DNA of 64,000 bases from the NCBI GenBank assembly GCA_963776755.1, contig CAVZNW010000004.1:412257-476256 (forward strand), written 5' to 3'. The notes under the pieces were generated by a model. The model worked only from the letters and a program-made list of their open reading frames with translations, was not told the origin of the DNA and searched no databases. The translations under genes were made by a program, and so were the position numbers. The first letter of the stretch is position 1. Each line of letters opens with the position of its first letter. Origin of the DNA: an uncultured Acidobacteriota bacterium. GTDB taxonomy: Bacteria > Acidobacteriota > Thermoanaerobaculia > UBA5066 > Gp7-AA6. Shown here one piece after another: positions 28,033-37,820 of the stretch.

Positions 28033-29550
28033 ATGAAGAACCGCAAGACGACGCCCCCTGTGCCTCCGCCGCCCGTGCATCACGGCGGGTGGGTCCGCAA
28101 GTGCGACGAAGACGACTACCTCGGCCGGCACCTGCCCGTTCCGACGCGCGTCGTCTCCAACGAGGAGTACGACCCGCCCGGGCAGACGGCGAAGCAGCGA
28201 CGCGTCGAGCGCCTTCTCCTCGAGTCTGCGGACGCGTACGGGACGCGCCTCGGCATGGGCCGCCGCGAGTTCCTCCGGACCTCCTGTGGGATGGCCGCGG
28301 CCTTCGCGGCGATGAACACCGTCTTCGGGCGTTTCTACCGGGTCGAGGCCGCCGAGCTGACCGAGCCGCTGGCGGGCGACAGGACCTCCTACTTCGTCTT
28401 CGACGTCCAGACGCATCACGTCGACCCCCGGCGCAACGCCCCGACGCCGGACCAGGAGTTCCTCGACTACCTCGTGGCCGTGCGGGAGTACGGGGCGAAG
28501 TTCAACCCGAAGCTCGCCGGGCACAAGGCCTCGATCGAGGAGCTCTATCGGCTCAACTTCATCAAGGAGGTCTTCCTCGACAGCGAGACGGCGGTCGCCG
28601 TCGTCAGCGGCCTGCCCCAGATGACGCGCGAGACCTACATCATCCGCCCCGAGGAGATCGTCAAGACGCGCGCGGACGTCAACGCGCTCTCGGGCTCGCG
28701 GCGCGTCGTCGCCCACGGCACGATGTCGCCGGAGCTCGGCTCGATGGGATTCGAGGCGATGCGCGCGCAGGCGGAGACGCTCAAGATCGAGGCGTGGAAG
28801 GGCTACCCCGGCCAGCCGCTCGGCCCGAAGGGCGCGGGCTGGTGGATGGACGACCCGAAGGTCGGCTACAAGGCCCTCGAGCTCTCGCGCAAGCTCGGCA
28901 TCCGGAACATCTGCGCGCACAAGGGGCTGCCCGCGCCCGGGTTCTCGGCCGAGCACTGCCACCCGAAGGACATCATGCAGGCGGCGCTCGACTTTCCCGA
29001 CCTCAACTTCCTCGTCTACCACGCCGGCTTTCGCGGGATGGATGAGGACCTTCGCAAGGCCGTCGACGCCGGGTTCGCGACCTCCTCGGCCGTGCCCTGG
29101 GTGACCGAGCTCTGCGAATGGAAGAAGAAGCATCCGCAGGTCTCGAACCTCTATATGGAGCTCGGCGCGACCTTCGGGATGACGGCGATCACGATGCCGC
29201 TCCTGACCGCGCACTTGCTCGGCATGATGATTGCGGCTTTCGGCGCCGACCACGTTCTGTGGGGCACCGACTCGATCTGGTGGGGCTCCCCGCAGTGGCA
29301 GATCGAGGCCTTCAAGCGTCTCGAGATGCCCGAGTCCCTGGCGAAGCGCTTCGGTTACGCGCCGCTGACGGTCGAGGTGAAGCGGCAGATCCTGGGCTTG
29401 AACGCCGCGCGCGTCTACGGCGTCGACCCGGCGGCGCGGGTCCGGCCGATCCCGTCCGACACCGTCGACCGCCTGAAGAAGACGTACGCCGAATCCGGGC
29501 TCGCCGCGCCGAGCCACACGCAGTACGGGTGGGTGCGGGCGGGAGGGTAG
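28033..29550 (+). CDS. Amidohydrolase-2 family TIM-barrel metal-dependent hydrolase with Tat signal
   Basis: Twin-arginine motif RREFLRTSCGMAAAFAA. The VFDVQTHH and HAGF segments fit the amidohydrolase_2 fold. Confidence 0.75.
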   Translation: MKNRKTTPPVPPPPVHHGGWVRKCDEDDYLGRHLPVPTRVVSNEEYDPPGQTAKQRRVERLLLESADAYGTRLGMGRREFLRTSCGMAAAFAAMNTVFGRFYRVEAAELTEPLAGDRTSYFVFDVQTHHVDPRRNAPTPDQEFLDYLVAVREYGAKFNPKLAGHKASIEELYRLNFIKEVFLDSETAVAVVSGLPQMTRETYIIRPEEIVKTRADVNALSGSRRVVAHGTMSPELGSMGFEAMRAQAETLKIEAWKGYPGQPLGPKGAGWWMDDPKVGYKALELSRKLGIRNICAHKGLPAPGFSAEHCHPKDIMQAALDFPDLNFLVYHAGFRGMDEDLRKAVDAGFATSSAVPWVTELCEWKKKHPQVSNLYMELGATFGMTAITMPLLTAHLLGMMIAAFGADHVLWGTDSIWWGSPQWQIEAFKRLEMPESLAKRFGYAPLTVEVKRQILGLNAARVYGVDPAARVRPIPSDTVDRLKKTYAESGLAAPSHTQYGWVRAGG

Positions 29551-29558
29551 GGGGGAAG

Positions 29559-29636
<78 letters not shown>

Positions 29637-29743
29637 TTCCATTGATTATCCGCCACTGTTCGGACTGAGCGCCTTTGAGTTACCGCCGGCCTTTCAGGCC
29701 GGCGTTGCCTATCGCTTCGAAGTCTGCCTCTGGTGGTCGGCTC

Positions 29744-29770
29744 GCTCTATCCGAGCTGAGCTACGGGCAG
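29744..29770 (-). repeat. 27-nt partial copy (1 mismatch) of the tRNA-Arg 5' end (acceptor plus D-arm)
   Basis: GCTCTATCCGaGCTGAGCTACGGGCAG compared with 29610..29636. No matching 3' half is present downstream. Confidence 0.8.
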
Positions 29771-29804
29771 TCAGCGAGATTATCGGCCAAAAGTCGGGCT
29801 GCGG

Positions 29805-29833
29805 TTGACGGAGCCCTGATCGGGGCGTAGAAC
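29805..29833 (+). promoter_or_regulatory. Sigma70-like promoter: TTGACG, 17-nt spacer, TAGAAC
   Basis: Located about 50 nt upstream of the AAGGAGGTG Shine-Dalgarno sequence and ATG of the SnoaL-like gene. Confidence 0.4.
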
Positions 29834-29882
29834 TTAGGCGTAAGGCGAAGCGACCCGGCCCTCTTCATCAAGGAGGTGAGGC

Positions 29883-30374
29883 ATGAGGACCTTCCCGAGG
29901 ATCGCTCTGGCTCTCGTTCTCTTTCTGCCCGCTGCCGCAGCCGCGGCCCAGTCTTCGACCGCCGCCGACGAGAAGGACATCCGCTCGCTGAGCTCCCAGA
30001 TCCAGCAAGCGTGGAACTCGGCCGACGCGAAGATGATGGCCGACCTGTTCCTGACCGACGGCGACTACGTCAGCTCGACCGGACGGTCCGCCCGGGGCCG
30101 CGCGGAAGTCGAGAAGGCCTTCGCACAGCAGTACGCCGGCATCTACAAGGGCACCAGGATCACCGTGACGATCACGACGGTTCACTTCGTGCGCAAGGAC
30201 GTCGCGATCGTGGACGGCGCCTTCGACGTCACGGGAATCAAGGACGCCTCGGGGAAGGGCCTCCCGCCGCGCAGCGGCCTCTCGACCATCGTGGCCGCCC
30301 GGAAGGGCGACCGCTGGTACATCGCGGCGCTACGGGGCATGGTGCCGTCCGTGCCGGAAGGCCTCGGCAGGTAG
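29883..30374 (+). CDS. Secreted SnoaL-like / NTF2-fold (DUF4440-like) protein
   Basis: Strong RBS AAGGAGGTG. Signal peptide MRTFPRIALALVLFLPAAAAAAQ. About 140-aa NTF2-like alpha+beta region. Confidence 0.65.
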   Translation: MRTFPRIALALVLFLPAAAAAAQSSTAADEKDIRSLSSQIQQAWNSADAKMMADLFLTDGDYVSSTGRSARGRAEVEKAFAQQYAGIYKGTRITVTITTVHFVRKDVAIVDGAFDVTGIKDASGKGLPPRSGLSTIVAARKGDRWYIAALRGMVPSVPEGLGR

Positions 30375-30748
30375 GACCGCGGGGATGCGCGCTCTTCGTC
30401 CCGAGTCCCCGGCCCCCTCCCGGGAACGACGGCCATAGGTCTGCCGCCGCTTCGCTGCAAGGGCATCGAGCTCGCCGGCGCGGCGCGCAGCGTCTTTCGC
30501 ATCGCGGAGCCGGACGCGCCCGCGTCGATCGAGAGCCTCGAGCGAGTGGCGCGGCTCGCCAATCTGCTCCTGCGCGAGAACTCGCTCGCCGGCGGCTTTC
30601 GCGCGCACGGCCCGGGCCAGCTCGCCCTCGAGCTCGCCGAGGGCGAGCGGACCTTCTTTCACAACGGGATCGTCTTCGCCGCCCTCGACGCCTACAACGA
30701 CCCGGTCAAGAACCCGACGCTGACGCTCTCGGCCGACGACACCGCGAC

Positions 30749-31180
30749 CTAGGCCGCTCGGCGCAGGTGCGCATAGAGCGAGTCGTAGAGAAACGCCGCC
30801 CTCTCGAGGATGTCGTGATCGTCCGCGCCGACGTCGGTGAATCCCTGGCTGATGGCCCAGAGCCCCGCCGATTCGGGTGTCGCATCGATCTCCTCCGGGA
30901 AATCCGCGCCGTGGACGATCCGCGCGAGGCGCGCGAGCGCCGGGTCGCGGGGCAGCCTCTCGGCGACGAGCTGCTCGAAGGAGCAGCGTCCCCCGGCGTC
31001 CTTGTGCGGATGGCGCGCGCCCGGGGCGTCGAATCCGATCGCCCCGTCCCGCTCCTGGATCCCGGCGACCTCGCCGGGCTCGACGAAGACGATCTCGGCC
31101 GACGGATCCAGGAACCTGCGGATGAGCCAGCCGGTGGCCGTGCGGTTGACGTGGATCCCGCGTCGCGTCACCCACTTCAT
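30749..31180 (-). CDS. ChrB C-terminal-domain-like protein
   Basis: ATG at 31180 preceded by GGAGGAGGAGAC. The start overlaps the MFS stop (ATGA). Motif MKWVTRRGIHVNRTATGWLIRRFLDP resembles the ChrB C-terminal domain. Confidence 0.6.
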   Translation of the reverse strand: MKWVTRRGIHVNRTATGWLIRRFLDPSAEIVFVEPGEVAGIQERDGAIGFDAPGARHPHKDAGGRCSFEQLVAERLPRDPALARLARIVHGADFPEEIDATPESAGLWAISQGFTDVGADDHDILERAAFLYDSLYAHLRRAA

Positions 31181-32347
31181 GTCTCCTCCTCCCGCGCCGG
31201 CGACGTGGCCGGCAGAAAGACGATCGCCCAGAGAGTTCCGGCGACGCCGAGGATGCCGGCCGCCGCGAACGTGAGAGCCGGCCGCACCGTCCACAGAAGG
31301 CCTCCCGCCGCGGCGGCGCCGGCGACCGCGAAGCCCCGGATCGCGTAGTACGTTCCGACGGTCCGTCCCCGCGCGGCCGGGTCCGCGAGGTCCACGATCA
31401 GCGCCTTGCGCGCGGGCTCGCCGATCTCGCGCAGCCCGCCGATGGCGAACGCGGCGGCGAGCGCCCCGAAGGACCGCGACGCCACGACCGCGAGCGGAAA
31501 GAGCGTGAAGAACACGTAGGTCAGCACGACGAACGGCTTCTTCTCCGCGCGGCCCGCCAGCGCCGCGGCCGGCAGGTACGAGGCGATCGCCGTCGCCATC
31601 AGGACGGAGGTCAGCAGGCCGAACTGCGCGGGCGTGACGCGGACGATCTCGATCGCCCACACGACCAGGAAGACCTCCGGCAGGCCCTCGCAGAGCCGAA
31701 TCAGGCAGTCCGCGACGAGGAGCTGCCGCAGCGGCCGGCGCAAGCCGGACGGGCCGCGACGAAGCCCCCCGCAGGGGCGCCGGGCCGGCGGCCGGTCGCA
31801 GGGCGCGCGAGAGGAACGCCAGCATCGCGACGGCGAAGATGATCGAGACCGCGATGCCGATGCGCATTCCCGAGATGACGCCGAAGCGCTCGAGCAGGAG
31901 CCCGCCGAGCGGCGGGGCGAGGACGATCGGAACGCGCTTCAGGACCGACTGAATCGTGAACCCGAGGACCCGGCCGCGGCCTTCGAGCTCCTCGCCGACG
32001 AGCGAGAAGGTTGCCGGCAGCCCGAGGGACGCCCAGGCCATGACGAGGACGAGGCCGGCGAAGACTCCCGCAGCCGCCGGCCACGCCCAGAGGACCACGA
32101 AGCCCGCGGTCGTGAGGCTGCCGAAGAGCAGCAGGGCCCGGCGGGTGCCGAGGCGGTCGGAGATGGCCCCGCCCGGCAGGGCGTAGGCCGCGTCGAGAAA
32201 GTCCTTGAGCGTTCCGAAGAGGCCCAGTCCGAGCGCGGAAACGCCGAGGACGCGGAGGTACTCGGGCAGATACCGGAACCACAGCTCTTCGCCGAACCCG
32301 AAGACGAAGAGCGCGACGGCGAGCGCTGTCGCTCGGCGCGCGGCCAT
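31177..32347 (-). CDS. MFS transporter (12 TM) with apparent 1-nt insertion in the central loop at a C6/G6 run (about 31765-31770)
   Basis: The N-terminal 6-TM half is in the frame of ORF 30749..32473, from the ATG at 32347. The C-terminal 6-TM half with the LREIGEPARKALIVDLADPAARGRTVG motif is in ORF 31177..31743. Total length is 3n+1. Confidence 0.7.
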
Positions 32348-32484
32348 GAGCGACAATCTATCAGCGGGCCCCCGGCGGCGGCCGGGTTCGGGGCGGGGGC
32401 AGTCCGTGTCATGATCGGGGCAATGTCCCCGCCGCACCAACGGAGCCGCGCGCAACGGATTCCCGGCGCGCACCTGACTTCCGC

Positions 32485-34734
32485 GTGACGACCGGACCCG
32501 CGCCGACCTCCGCCTGGCGGGAGGCGTTGCATCGCCTTCCGGCCGGCATCGTCCGCTTCCGTTGGCCGATCGTCGCGGCCTGGGTCGTGATTTCCGCCGT
32601 CCTCGTGCCGGTCGCGCGCCGGGTCGAGGATCGCCTCGAGGTCGCGGCGCGCATGCCCTCCCGCCAGGCCCAGGCGGTCCGCGACGAGCTGGAGGACCGG
32701 TTCCGCTCGCCCTTCACCGACCGCGTCCTGCTGGTGGCCGAGGGATTTCCGGGCCCCCAGGCGCCCGGAGGACGCCGGGTGATGGAGAAGATCGTCGGCG
32801 CGATCCGCAACCTCCCGGGCGTCGCGGGCACGCTCTCGCCGCTCGACACCAACAATCCCATCTTCGTCGGCAAGAACGGCGGCTTCCTCGTGGTGGTCGG
32901 CCTCGACGCCGGAACCGCGCCCGTCGAGTCGCTGCTCCCGAAGCTGCGCGAGAGGACCATGGAGCTTCTGGCCGAGCTGCGCGGCACGTACCCCGGGGCC
33001 TGGCTCGGCTGGACCGGCGAAGCGCCGCTCAACGTCGACCTGCGGCGGGCGAGCGCGGCCGACGCCCGGCGCGCCGAGGCGCGGGTCCTGCCGCTGACGC
33101 TGCTTCTGCTCCTCTTCGCCTTCGGGACGGTCGTGGCCTCGATCCTGCCGCTGTCGATCGGCATCCTCTCGATCGCCCTGTCCCTCGGCGTGGCGGCGCT
33201 GCTGGCGCGCTTCTTCACGATCTCGATCCTCATCCAGACCCTGGCCTCGATGATCGGCCTCGGGCTCGGCATCGACTACGCGCTCCTGATGGTCAGCCGA
33301 TTCCGGGAGGCCCTCTCGACCGGGCTCGACACGGCCGCCGCGGCCGAGGAGGCCGCGCGCAAGGCGGGCTGGACGATCTTCCTCTCCGCCTTCCCGGTCT
33401 CGATCAGCTTCGCCGCGCTGATGATGATCCCGCTCTCGGAGCAGCGCTCGATCGGCGTCGCGGGCCTGCTCGTCACGCTCTTCGCCTGGGGCCTGTCGGT
33501 CACGCTCCTGCCGGCGGTCCTGTCCCTTCTCGGCCGGCACATCGACCGTTTGCGGATCCGACCCGAGCGGCCGTGGCGGAGGGCCGAGGGCTCCGAAGGC
33601 TGGCGCCGGTGGGGCCGGCGCGTGACGTCGCGGCCCCTGCTCGCGCTCATCGTCACGAGCGCGCCGCTGCTCGTCCTGGCCCTCCAGGCGAAGCGGCTCG
33701 ATACGACCATGCCGCGCGGCGACTGGCTGCCCCGCGGAACGGAAGCCGTCGAGGCCTACCACCGCCTGGGCCTCATGGGCCGGGCCAACATCGTCCATTC
33801 GATCCGCGTGATCCTCGACTTCCCGGCCGGAGTGACGCTCGAGAGCGAGGCGGGCTGGGCCGCGGCGACGAAGCTCTTCGAGAAGCTGTCCGCGGACACC
33901 CGCGCGGAGCGGGTCGAGTGCCTGCCCGGAGCCCTGAAGGGCCGCGATCCCTCGTACCTGGGGATGCTCTCGCCGGGCATCCGGCGGTCGCTCGCCGCCG
34001 AGGACGGCACCGCGGCGCTCTTCGAAGTCATCCCGTCGACGAGCCTCACGCCCGCCGACCAGGTGTCGTTCGCGCGGGACCTGCGCACGTGGAACGGCGC
34101 GTCGGCGAGCGCTCTGGCCGGAGCGGTGATGCGCGTGGGCGGCCAGCCGGCCTTCGACGCCGATTACGAGGACACGGTCGCCGAGCACTTCCGCATCGTG
34201 GTCGCGCTCGTGATCGGCTGCACGTTCATCGCGCTCTTCGCCGGGTTCCGCTCGCTGATGATCGCGGTCAAGGCGGTGATCCTGAACCTGCTCTCCGTCG
34301 GCGTGGCCTTCGGCGCCCTCGTCCTCGTCTTCCAGGAGGGCATGGGTGCGAGCCTGCTCGGCCTGTCCGGCCCGACCGGAAGCGTCTTTCCGATCATCCC
34401 GGTCATCGTCTTCTGCATCGTCTTCGGCCTGTCGATGGACTACGAGGTCATCCTCGTCGCGCGCATCGCCGAGGCGCGGCGCTCGGGCTTCGAGGAATCG
34501 CCCGCCATCGCCGAGGGCCTCGCCCGGAGCGCCACCGTCATCACCAACGCCGCCGCGATCATGATCGTCGTCTTCGCAGGGTTCACGCTCGGCGATTTCC
34601 TGCCGATCAAGATGCTCGGTTTCGCGCTCTCCGTCGCCGTTCTCGTCGACGCCGTGGCCGTCCGGATGGTGATCGGGCCCGCCCTGCTCCGCCTGGCCGG
34701 CCGCTGGAACTGGTGGCCCGGGGGTTTGCGCTAG
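32485..34734 (+). CDS. MMPL-family (RND-superfamily) membrane transporter
   Basis: 749 aa. Two 6-TM bundles, each followed by a large periplasmic domain. Conserved GIDYALLMVSRF and GLSMDYEVILVARI motifs. Confidence 0.85.
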   Translation: MTTGPAPTSAWREALHRLPAGIVRFRWPIVAAWVVISAVLVPVARRVEDRLEVAARMPSRQAQAVRDELEDRFRSPFTDRVLLVAEGFPGPQAPGGRRVMEKIVGAIRNLPGVAGTLSPLDTNNPIFVGKNGGFLVVVGLDAGTAPVESLLPKLRERTMELLAELRGTYPGAWLGWTGEAPLNVDLRRASAADARRAEARVLPLTLLLLLFAFGTVVASILPLSIGILSIALSLGVAALLARFFTISILIQTLASMIGLGLGIDYALLMVSRFREALSTGLDTAAAAEEAARKAGWTIFLSAFPVSISFAALMMIPLSEQRSIGVAGLLVTLFAWGLSVTLLPAVLSLLGRHIDRLRIRPERPWRRAEGSEGWRRWGRRVTSRPLLALIVTSAPLLVLALQAKRLDTTMPRGDWLPRGTEAVEAYHRLGLMGRANIVHSIRVILDFPAGVTLESEAGWAAATKLFEKLSADTRAERVECLPGALKGRDPSYLGMLSPGIRRSLAAEDGTAALFEVIPSTSLTPADQVSFARDLRTWNGASASALAGAVMRVGGQPAFDADYEDTVAEHFRIVVALVIGCTFIALFAGFRSLMIAVKAVILNLLSVGVAFGALVLVFQEGMGASLLGLSGPTGSVFPIIPVIVFCIVFGLSMDYEVILVARIAEARRSGFEESPAIAEGLARSATVITNAAAIMIVVFAGFTLGDFLPIKMLGFALSVAVLVDAVAVRMVIGPALLRLAGRWNWWPGGLR

Positions 34735-35033
34735 CGTTCGGGGGCTCCGCGTCCGGGTGACCGGGCGCACAACGGGGAGCGCGCGCCACTGCGCCGCGCG
34801 CTTCCAAAAAGTGGCGCCCCGCGAATTCCGTCCGCGCAGTTTTCGTCGCGGCGGTGGCCGGGATCTTCGACTTTCCTAGGAAATCGCGGGTCCGGCCCTG
34901 TGGTCTGGACGTTGCACTTGCGTCCGGCAGTCCATGCCTCGCAAGCGGCTTGGACAGAGGTCTGCCCGGACACCGACGCTGAGTGAGCAGCCGGGACGGG
35001 AAACGGAAACGGGAACGTTACGAAGGAGTATCG

Positions 35034-37053
35034 ATGAACGCCATGATTCGAAGTGCCCTGGTTCGAGGAGCCCTGGTTCTCGGCATGGCCGTGCCGGGCG
35101 CGCTGCTCGCGCAGGCGAACGAGGATGTGATCCAGAACTGGACCGCGCCCGCGTACTGGCAGGCCGAAGCCGGCCCGTCGGCGGCGAGCAACGGACAGTT
35201 CGCGTCGAAGGCGGGGGACGCGGTCGACAACACGCCGGTGCCGTTCGTCGCCCTCGTGCCCTGCCGACTGGCGGACACGCGCGGCAACGGCTTCCCGCCG
35301 CCCTTCGGCACACCGTCCCTGTCGCCGGGCATCCCGCGCGACTTTCCGGTCGCCGGGCACTGCGGAGTTCCCGTCGGCGCCGCGGCCGTCTCGTTCAACT
35401 TCACCGTCTCGCGCGCGCTCGGGACCGGATTCCTCGCGACCTATCCGCAGGGCGAGGCCTGGCCGGGAACGTCCACGGTCAACTACAACGCCGGCAGCGT
35501 CGTGGCGAACGACGCGGTCATCTCGCTGGGAGCCACGGGCGAGTTGACGGTCCACGTGGCCAACGCCCAGGCCGACCTGATCATCGACATCAACGGCTAC
35601 TACGGCGGAACGCTCGTGTCTTCGATCAACGGCCTGGACGGCGACGTGACGCTCGAGGCCGGCGACAACGTCACGATCACGCCGTCGGGCAACACGCTCA
35701 CGGTGACCGCCTCGTCGGTTCCCGGCCCTCCGGGACCGCAGGGCCCCGCCGGCCCGCAGGGCGCGACGGGCCCGGATGGTCCGGCCGGTCCGCAGGGCGC
35801 CACCGGTGCCGCGGGCGCGACGGGTGCAACCGGCGCCCAGGGACCGCAGGGGCCGATCGGCCCGCAGGGTCCGACGGGCGCCGATGGGGCGCAGGGCCCG
35901 ACCGGTCCGCAGGGCGCTTCGATGAGCTTCCTCGGCACCTGGGACATCGCAGCGACGTACGCCACGCTCCAGGTCGCGGAGTTCGGCGGCTCGAGCTGGG
36001 TCTCGCTCGTCGACGACAACACCGGCAACCAGCCCGACTCGAGCCCGGCGCAGTGGGCGCTGATCGCGCAGAAGGGCGCGCAGGGCGACACGGGCGCCGA
36101 TGGTCCGCAGGGTCCGCAGGGCGATGCGGGTCCGACCGGAGCGACGGGCGCCACCGGCGCCACGGGCGCGACGGGTCCTCAGGGTCCCCAGGGTGTTGAA
36201 GGTCCGCAGGGTCCCACGGGCGCGACGGGTGCCACGGGTGCAACCGGTGCCCAGGGACCGCAGGGGCCGATCGGCCCGCAGGGTCCGACGGGCGCCGATG
36301 GGGCGCAGGGCCCGACCGGTCCGCAGGGCGCTTCGATGAGCTTCCTCGGCACCTGGGACATCGCAGCGACGTACGCCACGCTCCAGGTCGCGGAGTTCGG
36401 CGGCTCGAGCTGGGTCTCGCTCGTCGACGACAACACCGGCAACCAGCCCGACTCGAGCCCGGCGCAGTGGGCGCTGATCGCGCAGAAGGGCGCGCAGGGC
36501 GACACGGGCGCCGATGGTCCGCAGGGTCCGACGGGTGCCGACGGGCGCGACCGGCGCCACCGGCGCGCAGGGTCCGGCCTCCGGCCCCGCCGGTCCCACG
36601 GGTGCCACGGGTGCGACTGGTCCGACTGGTCCGCAGGGTCCGGCCGGTCCGGCTGGCGCCGGCGGCGTGTTCGCCTCGCGGCATCAGATCAATCTGAACG
36701 CGGCGGCCAGCACCCGGTACCTGAGCGCGATTCACCTCGACAACTCCGATACCGAGGACTGGGACCTTCTCGGGGTGGCCCCGAAGGCGTGCACGATGAG
36801 CCGGATCGCCGTTCACGGCAGCACCGGTCTCGATGCGGCCGTCAACCTCACGTTCAACCTCCGCAAGGGCACCTCGCTCGCGACCATGGCCAACCAGAGC
36901 CTCTCGTGCACGATCAACGGGGCGAATCCCGGCTGCACGGGCGACGGCGCCGTGGCGATGAACGCCGGCGACCTCTTCGACATCCGCCTCCAGTACGCCG
37001 CAGGTTCGACGGGCGGCAGCGACTTCTTCATGATCTCGCTCGTCTGCGACTAG
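35034..37053 (+). CDS. Secreted collagen-like triple-helix repeat protein (BclA / phage-fibre-like); apparent 1-nt insertion near 36543
   Basis: RBS GAAGGAG then ATG at 35034 with a signal peptide. A roughly 215-aa N-terminal domain precedes long G-X-Y runs ([19 protein letters not shown]...). These are interrupted by a non-collagenous module, [53 protein letters not shown], present twice. A C-terminal globular domain of about 130 aa is in ORF 36514..37053. Confidence 0.7.
35835..36530 (+). repeat. Perfect 282-bp tandem direct repeat (period 414 bp) inside the collagen-like gene
   Basis: 35835..36116 is identical to 36249..36530. Each copy encodes one G-X-Y segment plus the non-collagenous module. 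Confidence 0.85.
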
Positions 37054-37082
37054 TCGACGACGAGACGCGAGTCGGATTCCAT

Positions 37083-37114
37083 GCCGCCGCCCTTCGGGGC
37101 GGCGGCTCTTTTGT
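37083..37114 (+). terminator. Rho-independent terminator after the collagen-like gene
   Basis: GCCGCCGCCC-ttcg-GGGCGGCGGC followed by TCTTTTGT. Confidence 0.6.
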
Positions 37115-37186
37115 GGCGTCGTTCTGGTGCATTCGCATCATGATCCCCGGGCACCCCTCCGAGTAGGCTCGACGAGAGGTGGGCCC

Positions 37187-37744
37187 ATGACCACGATCCT
37201 CCTCCTCGTCGCCGTCCTCTTCGTGGTGTCGCTCGTGCCCCTCGTTCTGCTGGGAGCACGGACCTGGTTCAAGCACCGCGGCACGCGAGTCGTCACGTGC
37301 CCCGAAACGAAGGGCCCCGCGGCCGTGAAGGTGGACATCGGCCACGCCGCCCGGACCCTCGCCGCCAACGACCCCGAGCTGCGGATCGGGTCCTGCTCGC
37401 GCTGGCCCGAGCGGGAGCACTGCGGGCAGCAGTGCCTGACGGAGATCGCCGCGGCCCCGGCCGAGTGCGTGGTCAGGACGACCCTCGTCGACTGGTACCG
37501 GGGCTCGACGTGCGCCCTGTGCGGCCGGAAGATCGGCGAGGTCCACTGGGTCGAGCACAAGCCGGCGCTCCTGACGCCGGGCCGCGAGACGGTCGAGTGG
37601 AGCGACGTGCCGGCGGAGAGCCTCCCTCACGTGCTGGCGACGCATCAGCGCGTGTGCTGGACGTGCCACGTTTCGAACGCGCTGCGCGAGCGGCTGCCGG
37701 GCCTGGCGGTCGAGCAGCCGGAGCCCCGGCCCGGACGGACGTAG
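37187..37744 (+). CDS. Membrane-anchored Cys-rich protein (hypothetical)
   Basis: RBS GAGAGGTGG. One N-terminal TM helix (ILLLVAVLFVVSLVPLVLL). About 10 Cys, including CALCGRKIG and CWTCH. Lies 76 nt upstream of feoB. Confidence 0.5.
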   Translation: MTTILLLVAVLFVVSLVPLVLLGARTWFKHRGTRVVTCPETKGPAAVKVDIGHAARTLAANDPELRIGSCSRWPEREHCGQQCLTEIAAAPAECVVRTTLVDWYRGSTCALCGRKIGEVHWVEHKPALLTPGRETVEWSDVPAESLPHVLATHQRVCWTCHVSNALRERLPGLAVEQPEPRPGRT

Positions 37745-37820
37745 GTTTCGGTCCCCGGTTGAATTCGCCCTTCCTGCCGCCGGGCGCCGACGGACCCGTG
37801 ACGACTATCATCGTGCTCGA

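Noticed and set aside
29690-29770. Possible second complete tRNA upstream of tRNA-Arg
   Set aside because: Only the 5' acceptor/D-arm 27-mer is present. No anticodon or T-arm and no complementary 3' acceptor strand can be folded. Treated as a partial duplicate, not a gene.
30375-30752. Open frame, in the same frame as the SnoaL-like gene, downstream of its TAG stop (reported ORF 30546..30752, 68 aa)
   Set aside because: No ATG or RBS follows the in-frame stop; the reported start is a GTG with no upstream signal. The opposite strand is equally open here. Open frames of this length are expected by chance at 70% GC. Stop-codon readthrough is not supportable.
34905-34930. Sigma54-like TGGAC-N-TTGCA element upstream of the collagen-like gene
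   Set aside because: GG-to-GC spacing is 11 nt instead of 10 nt and the -24 element is imperfect. There is no enhancer-binding-protein gene nearby.
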